Position numbers and translations under genes: made by a program. The notes beneath the pieces are model-generated. The model was not told the origin of the DNA and did not search any database. It saw only the letters and a list, made by a program, of their open reading frames with translations. This document shows, piece by piece, positions 1 to 6,714 of a stretch of DNA of 24,745 nucleotides (position 1 is its first letter; every line of letters starts with the position of its first letter). Source of the DNA: a candidate division WOR-3 bacterium (lineage in GTDB: Bacteria; Hydrothermota; Hydrothermia; JBDRYB01); assembly GCA_049969615.1 (NCBI GenBank), contig JBMFOM010000017.1, positions 1 to 24,745 of the forward strand, given 5' to 3'.

Positions 1-161
1 TGTTCAATTCAAAGGCCGAGCTCGGAATAAGGATATACTCAGCTGAGGGCAGGCTCGCATATTCCGGCAACCTTGAGGAGGGCCAGAACCGGATAAGCCT
101 CGGCCCAGGGGTCTACATCTGGAAGGCTGGAACACACAGGGGCAAAGCAGTGGTAAGATAA
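1..161 (+). CDS. 3' end (partial) of a secreted protein with a T9SS type-A-sorting-like C-terminal domain
   Basis: Not in the ORF track. The frame from position 3 reads FNSKAELGIRIYSAEGRLAYSGNLEEGQNRISLGPGVYIWKAGTHRGKAVVR* (TAA 159-161). IxIYxxxGR...L.PGVY...K.VV is the CTD pattern. Confidence 0.8.
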   Translation, partial: FNSKAELGIRIYSAEGRLAYSGNLEEGQNRISLGPGVYIWKAGTHRGKAVVR

Positions 162-208
162 TCCCCAGCCCTGGCCGTATTTGCACCTCTTCGGCTCCGG
201 CCTTGAGG

Positions 209-317
209 ATCCGGGATCCGGATTTCGCTGATAAAATAAGAGAATTCCCCGATCCTGCTAAGCTAAGTCACAGAGCCATCGGATTTTCGCCGAACTCATT
301 GACGGTCAAGGACTTAG
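209..317 (+). repeat. Dispersed repeat element, copy 1 (inverted relative to 4309-4418)
   Basis: Manual alignment to the reverse complement of 4309-4418 gives about 96/110 identities; 285-317 is a 33-bp perfect match. Weaker similarity extends back to about 186. Confidence 0.92.
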
Positions 318-355
318 AATGGATCGAAGGTGGGTCGGGTGAGGGTTTCAAATAT

Positions 356-384
356 TTGATCCTGCACGGGAAATGGGTTATAAT
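356..384 (+). promoter_or_regulatory. sigma70-type promoter of tRNA-Glu
   Basis: TTGATC (356-361)-17 bp-TATAAT (379-384), ending 8 nt before the tRNA. Confidence 0.8.
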
Positions 385-392
385 TTGTGCCT

Positions 393-467
393 GGCCCCAT
401 CGTCTAGCCTGGCCAAGGACACCTGGTTCTCAGCCAGGAGACCCGGGTTCAAATCCCGGTGGGGCTA
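393..467 (+). tRNA. tRNA-Glu (CTC)
   Basis: Acceptor stem GGCCCCA/TGGGGCT, anticodon arm CCTGG-TTCTCAG-CCAGG, T arm CCGGG-TTCAAAT-CCCGG. CCA not encoded. Confidence 0.96.
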
Positions 468-484
468 TTCAGCGGATCGATCAG

Positions 485-508
485 GGCCGGATTATCCGGT
501 TTATTTTT
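485..508 (+). terminator. Probable intrinsic terminator after tRNA-Glu
   Basis: GGCCGGA-TTA-TCCGGTT hairpin followed by TATTTTT, between convergent genes. Confidence 0.6.
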
Positions 509-510
509 AA

Positions 511-1692
511 CTAGAACAACCATCCCACATAGGCGTGGATTCCGAATTCCCTCTCGCGGTTGATTGACACATCCCCACCAAGATAACCGGACGCTATGGT
601 GAACACCCCGGCGCCAAGCCCAGCACCCCACAAATACTCCCAGAAGTCCTCGCCCATGCCGAGCGCGCCCGCCTCCGCGAAGGGCACCAGATAGAACTCT
701 GTCGGGAAAGGAATTGCCGGATGTGTCCAGCTATAAACGAGGGTTCTCCCCTCCAGTGTCAGGAGTAGCCGGGATGGACTGATTTCGGTTGGATAGGGGT
801 AGCACCTGAGAGCATAAAGCCCCCCCAGATACTGCATTTTGTAGTAAGGGGTTTCCGATGAGAACATATCCAGCCTGATCCTTCCGGCAATAGTGAGCCT
901 CCCTGTTGTGCTAAATCCCCTCGCGTTCGCGGATAGTCCCTGGAAAGACCCCCCTTTCGCCAGCTCGTGATTTGAGGAGAAGCTTATGTTCACGGATGTC
1001 CCCAGTTTCGGGTTCATGGGATTGTCCAGATCACTCCGTTCCCAGGATATTGTCCACCCCATGAGTTCATCCGCACTATCTTTTTCCATGCATACAGTTG
1101 TGTCAAAGAGCCTGCTCTCGTATGATACACCAAGCTTAAGAAGGTTAGGCCACCAGAACGCCTTTCCAAGGCTGAACCCAGCGCTCATCCTTCTCTCTGT
1201 CATTTCCTCGTGTGCCCAACTGATTCCTCCCCAGAAAAACGAGAGATCAAGCGCGCCCCGGTGTCCTGGCGTCGGCGGTTTGATGTAACCGGCAGTTAGC
1301 GCGTCTATCCCGCCGATGTAGCCGCCGAGCCGGCCCTTGTGCGCCCTGCCCCAGAGGTTCGGGAAACCCAGGATGAGGCCCCCTGTCCAGCCGCTCCTGT
1401 CGTCGTAGCCCAGGGTGGGGGAGGGTATTACTATTGGCAGTTCGTAGAACAGAAACCATATTTCCACGGCCGAATCCCCGATTGCGCCGGCGCCTTTTAC
1501 GAAAGCGAAAATCCCGGTCGTCATGAGACCCTTTTCCCTATCAGCTATCAGCGAATCAATCTCGGACTGGGTTTCCGCAAAGCCAAAATCCTCCAGCCGC
1601 AACTCCTCTCTGAGAAATCTTTCCGAGGTGTTGTTCGCTCCCTCTGTGTGCAGGTTGACTTCAAGTGAAACGATAATGGGAATGAGAATCAT
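511..1692 (-). CDS. BamA/TamA (Omp85) family outer-membrane protein with a single POTRA-like domain
   Basis: N-terminal GxxxT.E.FL.EEL...L..TGIF..V POTRA pattern; DNPMNPKLG; LGGLYALRCYP (VRGY-like lid motif); C-terminal GWLF. Confidence 0.8.
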   Translation of the reverse strand: MILIPIIVSLEVNLHTEGANNTSERFLREELRLEDFGFAETQSEIDSLIADREKGLMTTGIFAFVKGAGAIGDSAVEIWFLFYELPIVIPSPTLGYDDRSGWTGGLILGFPNLWGRAHKGRLGGYIGGIDALTAGYIKPPTPGHRGALDLSFFWGGISWAHEEMTERRMSAGFSLGKAFWWPNLLKLGVSYESRLFDTTVCMEKDSADELMGWTISWERSDLDNPMNPKLGTSVNISFSSNHELAKGGSFQGLSANARGFSTTGRLTIAGRIRLDMFSSETPYYKMQYLGGLYALRCYPYPTEISPSRLLLTLEGRTLVYSWTHPAIPFPTEFYLVPFAEAGALGMGEDFWEYLWGAGLGAGVFTIASGYLGGDVSINREREFGIHAYVGWLF

Positions 1693-1764
1693 TACCGATG
1701 CCCTGCGAGCCTGGGCAGGTGTGGGGGCCTACCTTTGCGTGATAACCGGGAATCGCTATCCAAC

Positions 1765-2640
1765 CTATGGCCTCACCCTTACTGTCAGGACAGGGATTTC
1801 CACATTTCTGAGGATCTTTTCTGCCACGCTTCCCAACAGTGTTTTGCGCAGGCCGGTTCTCCCGTGAGTTGCCATCACGATGAGGTCAACCGGATTCTCC
1901 TCGCAGAAACGGGCCACGCCTCCGGCCGCATCGTTGGCCTTCAGCACGACCCTTTCTATTTCATCGCGGAATTCCTCGCCGGTTATATCCTGCAACAATC
2001 CATTCATCACGCCAACCAGCGCGTCGGCGAGTATCTTTTCGTCCTCCCGGCTCAGGGGAACGCCCGGTTCCATTACGTGGAGGAGGGTTAGTTTCGCGCC
2101 GAACGCGCCCGTGAGCTCCACCGCTGGCCGGAAGGCTTTCTTTGAGAGCTCGGACAGATCTGTCAGAAGAAGTATGTTCCTTATTTTTAGGGGCAATTCT
2201 GGCTGTTTGTGAACAGTGAGCACAGGGCAAGGGGAGTTTCTTACCACCTTCTCAGTGGTTGATCCGAGGATTAACCTCTCAAGGCCACTGATTCCCCTCG
2301 TTGACATGACCACGAGGTCAGCGCCCTCAGTTTCCGCGAACCGGACCACCTCCGTGTATGGGCTTCCCTCAAGGAGCATGATCCTCGCGGCTACGCCCTT
2401 GTTCCTCAGGTTCCTGGCCATGTTTTCCATTTCCGATGAGGCTTCTGCCCTGGCTCTTTCCATGGCCGATAGGTATGCTGAGGAATCACCGATGAACGAG
2501 GCGTAAAAGAGAGGAATGTCCAGTATTACATGAACCAGGATGAGGTCAGCGTCAAAACGGGACGCTATTTCCTCCGCATATGGAAGGGATGCCTTCGCAT
2601 TCTCCGAGAGATCCGTTGTCCAGATTATTTTTCCGAACAT
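1765..2640 (-). CDS. Universal stress protein (tandem USP domains)
   Basis: Two repeats of the TDLSE.(A/S)..., DL.VM.T.G..GL....LGS..EK..R....PVLTV motifs. Confidence 0.95.
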   Translation of the reverse strand: MFGKIIWTTDLSENAKASLPYAEEIASRFDADLILVHVILDIPLFYASFIGDSSAYLSAMERARAEASSEMENMARNLRNKGVAARIMLLEGSPYTEVVRFAETEGADLVVMSTRGISGLERLILGSTTEKVVRNSPCPVLTVHKQPELPLKIRNILLLTDLSELSKKAFRPAVELTGAFGAKLTLLHVMEPGVPLSREDEKILADALVGVMNGLLQDITGEEFRDEIERVVLKANDAAGGVARFCEENPVDLIVMATHGRTGLRKTLLGSVAEKILRNVEIPVLTVRVRP

Positions 2641-2646
2641 GAGAAA

Positions 2647-2676
2647 AGCTTAAAGGCCCAGCAGGTCCGGGTTCAA
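2647..2676 (-). promoter_or_regulatory. Promoter for a probably leaderless usp mRNA
   Basis: TTGAAC-N18-TAAGCT-N6-ATG(2640); no SD. Confidence 0.65.
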
Positions 2677-2822
2677 CATGGCCAGAAATTCTCTGAGATT
2701 GCACGCGCGATATCCTTTTCGCTCGTTACCACCGGTTTGATGCCCATGGCCGCTAGAACATCCGCGAGCCACGGACCCATGCCTCCCGCCAGTCAGATAA
2801 GCGTGAATTCTCGCTCAGACAT
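2673..2822 (-). pseudogene. Remnant of a NifB/NifX-family (FeMo-cofactor-binding-like) protein with an in-frame TGA
   Basis: Reads MSEREFTLI*LAGGMGPWLADVLAAMGIKPVVTSEKDIARAISENFWPC*. AGGMGP....L...GI.......I..AI matches the C-terminal half of this family. Confidence 0.5.
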
Positions 2823-2824
2823 GA

Positions 2825-3238
2825 TTACGGAATATCCGTCTTGAACTTTTCTTTGACTAGATCCCCGGCCTCCGGATGCTTGTGCCCGCCCACCAGATAA
2901 AGGCCCCTGAACGGGTCAAGCCGCGAGGATTTTCTGAATGTCCCCAGGAATATGCCTCCCTTGTCCACCTCGTAGCGCCTAAACCTTGACCATGGAAACC
3001 GCCTCCTGTATAGGAAACGGGAGACCTCAATCCCTTCGTCATCCAGGGTGTATCTCGTTGGGAGCCAGAATGAATAAAGGGAAAGAAAGACAACTATGAG
3101 GGTCAGAACGCACCACCAGGGCCCTGCTACGAACCAGAAGAAGGCCAGGAACAGGGTGGTTATGGTTATCACCATGCCGAGTTTCGCGGGGTTCTCACGC
3201 GCGGGGTGGGATGTCCAGGTTATTTTTTTATCCGGCAT
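2825..3238 (-). CDS. Small membrane protein (2 TM helices plus a PH/YcxB-like domain), hypothetical
   Basis: Two hydrophobic helices followed by YTLDDEGIEV...RRFPWSRF, a bacterial PH-like signature. Confidence 0.75.
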   Translation of the reverse strand: MPDKKITWTSHPARENPAKLGMVITITTLFLAFFWFVAGPWWCVLTLIVVFLSLYSFWLPTRYTLDDEGIEVSRFLYRRRFPWSRFRRYEVDKGGIFLGTFRKSSRLDPFRGLYLVGGHKHPEAGDLVKEKFKTDIP

Positions 3239-3271
3239 CCACAGGAATTTTCTTTTTTATGGTTATAGACA

Positions 3272-4266
3272 TCAGGGTTTCCAATCCTCGGGGGGTTTGA
3301 GATAATTACGGCCGGGTTTATAGCCGCAGTGCTCCAGAAGATAGAAACACTTCTCTAATGAATCAGGTGCGGAACCATGTGTCCATATATATAGCCCATT
3401 ACCAATTTCTTTGAGATAGGACTCAGGATTAGGCATTTTGGTATTAGGCTGTTCGGGTTTATCGTTAACCAAGAAAAGTGTTTCCCGTTTCACAGGCCCT
3501 TTGAGTTTTCCCTGCTTAACTAGCCATTCGCCTACACTGACTAACAAATCTGCCCATGAGCGTATTCCTTCTATCTTTTCTCTTTTTTCTCTACTGCCAA
3601 GCCATGCGAATTCCGGGGGGTTTTTATGTGTTAGAACCTTTAGATCCTCCGGCCACTCCCCCGCGGCAAGTATTTTTTCAAGCGCCTTAACTATTAGCGC
3701 GGTCTCTATGTGCTTATCCCTCTTGTCTGTCTTAAAGTGCTTCTTTATCTCTTTACATAATTCTTTAAGATACCCTTCGTTATCAGGGTTCAATAGTAGC
3801 AATGCCTCGTATCCTTTCCTGTTGCTGCCCAGGTCTTCTTCTAGTTTTACCTCAAAGACCACCCTTTCCTCCGATTTTCCCGTCCGGTGTTCATCCATAA
3901 CAATCCAGCTTTCGCCGTTGGTTATGAAGCCAAACCTTACTCCCATGGTGCTGCAATACTCAATGGTCTGATCTACGACTTTGACATTGTGTGGGTTCTC
4001 TCCCAGGCTTTTTGCCTCAATAAGGGCATAGGGTTTGTCCTCTCCTGGTTTCATAAGAGCGTAGTCTACTTCTGATTGACCGCCCTTTTTTTCGAATATT
4101 GTTCACAAACCTCCCCTGGCCCCCATACATTATACCCGATCCAAGCGAGCAAAGGCTCAATGATCAAGCGCTTCGTGTCTTCCTCGTTGATAGACGACTG
4201 TCCCTTGAGGGCCTCCAGATTCTTCAGAGCTTTTTCCAGCCAGAACTCTCTATCCTTTTCCATCAT
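3272..4266 (-). pseudogene. Frameshifted HsdR_N-type (type I restriction R N-terminal) PD-(D/E)xK nuclease with a C-terminal SeqA-C-like domain
   Basis: The 5' part NEEDTKRLIIEPLLAWIGYNV..EV..QY and the 3' part VDYAL...ALIEAK...Q..EY...GFITNG..W are in different frames, joined at an A7 tract (4086-4092). One extra A gives a 331-aa ORF. The region is visibly AT-richer than its flanks. Confidence 0.8.
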
Positions 4267-4272
4267 TCCCAA

Positions 4273-4302
4273 ATTATAATCCACCCAGTCAAGGTTTTTC
4301 AA
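4273..4302 (-). promoter_or_regulatory. Promoter for a probably leaderless nuclease mRNA
   Basis: TTGAAA-N18-TATAAT-N6-ATG(4266). Confidence 0.7.
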
Positions 4303-4308
4303 CCCCTC

Positions 4309-4418
4309 CTAAGTCCTTGACCGTCAATGAGTTCGGCGAAAGTGCCGATAGCTCTAGGACTTAGCGAGGCAGGATTGTGGAATTGCCTTATTTTATCAGC
4401 GAAATACGGAACCCGGAT
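4309..4418 (-). repeat. Dispersed repeat element, copy 2
   Basis: Reverse complement matches 209-317; 4309-4341 is identical to 285-317. Confidence 0.92.
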
Positions 4419-4678
4419 TGTTAAGACAGGGCCGAAAGGGGCCGGGATCCGGCCTGAACTCGGCCGTGGGAGGGCCAAACCATTATCCGGCAAGGGTTTC
4501 GGCCACACCATAATAATCAAGGCCTGGTGCGGGTTTCCCGGCATGCTATTGCTGAAGTTGGCTACTGATAAGGAATTTTTGTATATCCTAAAGCCGTAAT
4601 CACGGCCAGGCGCGGAACTCAGCTGTAGCTTGAATTAGGACTGATCAGATCCGGCTCAGCTGGCCCTGGCCCATGGCC

Positions 4679-4756
4679 TCAGACTAAAATGTCGGCCTCC
4701 ATGAAAGAGAAAAGAAGAAAGGAGACGGACAAATGAGAAACAACCTTATCCTCCAT
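4679..4756 (-). CDS. Putative 25-aa hydrophobic peptide MEDKVVSHLSVSFLLFSFMEADILV
   Basis: Strong SD AGAAAGGAG (4770-4762) 5 nt before the ATG. No recognisable homology; could be a gene remnant. Confidence 0.3.
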   Translation of the reverse strand: MEDKVVSHLSVSFLLFSFMEADILV

Positions 4757-4815
4757 AGGGACTCCTTTCTCAGGATGATCCCCTGGTCAAGGACCTCCAG
4801 AGGGGCTACATACCC

Positions 4816-5049
4816 TCAGAGATCTGACCCGATTGCGAGGCCCTTGTGCCACGGCCGCGCCTTCAATCCGTAAAGGGCTGAGATGGGTCAGGTGAGTCTC
4901 TGATTTTATTGCTGGACTGTTATCCACAAGGCCCCAGGCCTCGCGCTGGAACCTAACCAGGGCTGGGCTGTTCGCCAGGTTGTCACCCTCTATACTGGTA
5001 AGAAGCTTCTAGATATAAAAGGATCTTCTCACTTGTATAGAGCATGACA
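4816..5049 (-). other. Intergenic region with two long imperfect hairpins (candidate structured RNA or leader)
   Basis: Hairpin 4816-4903: TCAGAGA/TCTCTGA, CTGACCC/GGGTCAG, GCCCTT/AAGGGC, ACGG/CCGT. Hairpin 4981-5049: TGTCA/TGACA, CTCTATAC/GTATAGAG, AGAAG/CTTCT. Several mismatches become G-U pairs on the - strand. Confidence 0.45.
4920..4928 (+). promoter_or_regulatory. Single consensus DnaA box
   Basis: Exact TTATCCACA in an intergenic position, but isolated. Confidence 0.3.
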
Positions 5050-5093
5050 CATCGTGGACGCTAATCGGATAGGCCTTGGATTTGAAAAAAGCC

Positions 5094-5867
5094 CTAGAGG
5101 AGATTCCCCAATGCCTCTAATCCCACACGGAACGTGTCTTCCGGCAGATCCAGCGCTGGCGATAGGACGAGGCTGTTTTCACGGCAGGTTATCTTGAATC
5201 CAGCCGTGGCGAGGCTCCCGGCCACCCTTTCCGGCTCAGGGATATCTAAGAGCCACAGCGCGCCCGCGCCACGCGCGGGAACCCCCTTTTGATCCAGGAG
5301 TGCCTTTATCAGCCTGCCTTTCTCCCTCGCCATTTCCAGGCCCCTGCGACGAAGCCCGGCGATGACCATTGCTAAAGCGGTCTGGTCAATTTCCTCGGAA
5401 CTGGGCAAAGGCTCCGTGAGCCTTGAGGGCCTCGCGATGAACCCATAGAAATCCCTGGCGTTTGCCCATCCCTTGCCAAGAAGCAGGGCGTCCGGCTTTA
5501 CCCCGAATGCCTCGCAGAGGAATGGGTGGCCGGAAAGGCCGGGGGAGGTCATGCGTTCGTCCGAGACCAGGTTCACTCGTTTCTCCCGGCACATCTCCGC
5601 GAGGCCCGGCAAATGCTTTCCCCATTCCAGAGGGTCAACGAGGATCGTCCCGACTCCCCCGGGAACGAACCCGCCATACCTGGTCCAAGGTCCTTCAAGC
5701 CGCGCCATCGCAACATGCATGGCCCTTTCCGCGCTCTGAGAAACGAAAACCTTCCTGTTCGGGCCGCCTGGCGCGAGCAGGGCGAGTTCTCCCAGGGGGT
5801 CGTCAACCGTGGCCGGCAGTTCTCCCAGGAAAACCTTGCCGTTGTAGGCCGAGGAAAGATCAATCAC
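5094..5867 (-). CDS. Shortened, divergent class-III PLP-dependent aminotransferase-fold protein
   Basis: KVFVSQSAERA (NSG.EA-like), LVSDERMTSPGLSG (LI.DEVQTG.GRTG-like), PDALLLGKG with the PLP Lys, RGAGALW, LVLSPAL. Only 257 aa. Confidence 0.75.
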   Translation of the reverse strand: MIDLSSAYNGKVFLGELPATVDDPLGELALLAPGGPNRKVFVSQSAERAMHVAMARLEGPWTRYGGFVPGGVGTILVDPLEWGKHLPGLAEMCREKRVNLVSDERMTSPGLSGHPFLCEAFGVKPDALLLGKGWANARDFYGFIARPSRLTEPLPSSEEIDQTALAMVIAGLRRRGLEMAREKGRLIKALLDQKGVPARGAGALWLLDIPEPERVAGSLATAGFKITCRENSLVLSPALDLPEDTFRVGLEALGNLL

Positions 5868-5874
5868 ATCTTAA

Positions 5875-5904
5875 AGGATAATGTTTGCGGCTCAGGGGTT
5901 GCGA
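5875..5904 (-). promoter_or_regulatory. Possible promoter for a leaderless aminotransferase-like mRNA
   Basis: TCGCAA-N18-TATCCT-N7-GTG(5867). Confidence 0.4.
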
Positions 5905-6602
5905 GTTGCAGAGAGTTCTTTATCTGGATGGGGCCTTACCCTTCCCTCAAGCCACCTGGAGTAGATTATGAATAGGAAGTTTGAAAGGGTCACCAGCATC
6001 TTTATCACGAACTGACCTGCGATCAGAGGCAGAAGCGGTAGGATGCCCCAGAAAGCGAGGGTGTTAAAGAGGACAGAATCAATCACCGCGGAGGCCAGGT
6101 TTGACAGCACGAACGCCAGGAAGAACCTCTTCTCTATGTTCACTTTGTGCGCCACCCACACATCAACCCTTGAGGATACTAGGAACGAGAACATGGACGA
6201 TGCGACTATCCGCAGATCCATCCTAAAAAGGGTGTCAAAGGCCTGGCCAAGGAAATCGTCAGGCCCCCTGGGTATCAGGGAGACGGTCCAGAGAAACAGC
6301 GCGACCGCGATGTTTGCGGCGAGGGTTATCCAGATGAGACGCTTTGAACGCTCGTATCCCCCGCGCCTGTGTATGACATCAAGGAGCGAATAAGCGGAGT
6401 TGTAGGTTAGGTCTCCGCCCGTGAAGATAAGGCCGGCTATGGTGAAGGTCTTATAGACCGTGATATTCGCGGTGACCACGAGCAAGGCGTGCATGACCTC
6501 AAGCAGGATAAGGCCGAATCTTTTTGATAACCATATCGCTATGGTGATAACTGCTAGGGTTACCACCAGCCAAAGTGCCAGAGCGAGAATATAGCCGGCC
6601 AG
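5892..6602 (-). CDS. Queuosine precursor transporter (VUT/YhhQ family)
   Basis: ANITVYK, TGGDLTY....LLDVI, RIVASSMFSFLVS..VDV, SNLAS..IDSVLF.TLAF. The frame is open and hydrophobic up to CTG 6602; the alternative start is GTG 6566. Confidence 0.9.
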   Translation of the reverse strand: MAGYILALALWLVVTLAVITIAIWLSKRFGLILLEVMHALLVVTANITVYKTFTIAGLIFTGGDLTYNSAYSLLDVIHRRGGYERSKRLIWITLAANIAVALFLWTVSLIPRGPDDFLGQAFDTLFRMDLRIVASSMFSFLVSSRVDVWVAHKVNIEKRFFLAFVLSNLASAVIDSVLFNTLAFWGILPLLPLIAGQFVIKMLVTLSNFLFIIYSRWLEGRVRPHPDKELSATRNP

Positions 6603-6608
6603 AGGGAA

Positions 6609-6638
6609 ATTATATTAGTTTCCGGTTATCGTCTGCCA
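6609..6638 (-). promoter_or_regulatory. Promoter of the VUT transporter
   Basis: TGGCAG-N18-TATAAT-N6-CTG(6602). Confidence 0.5.
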
Positions 6639-6714
6639 GTCAAATAAGTCCAAAGACTGCCCGGATTTTAGACGGTTCGAAACCCCCAGGCTGGTGCTGG
6701 GGGCTAACCTTTTG

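Noticed and set aside
203-514. 103-aa ORF and its look-alike 4299-4544 (shared FADKIR.F..PA.LS.RAIG)
   Set aside because: The similarity is just translation of the DNA repeat. The frames diverge at an indel and the first ORF runs through a tRNA.
4066-4302. Separate 78-aa gene starting at TTG 4302
   Set aside because: It is the 5' half of the frameshifted nuclease. The TTG is the -35 box and the nearby GGAGG is too close to serve as an SD.
393-4418. tRNA-anchored prophage or genomic island
   Set aside because: No integrase and no direct repeat of the tRNA 3' end seen; the flanking repeats are inverted and most enclosed genes look native.
4900-5050. Replication origin
   Set aside because: Only one DnaA box, with no box cluster, clear unwinding element or dnaA/dnaN context.
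4950-5050. Integron attC site or retron msr-msd
   Set aside because: The hairpin ends are not in RYYYAAC...GTTRRRY order, and no integrase or reverse transcriptase is in the window.
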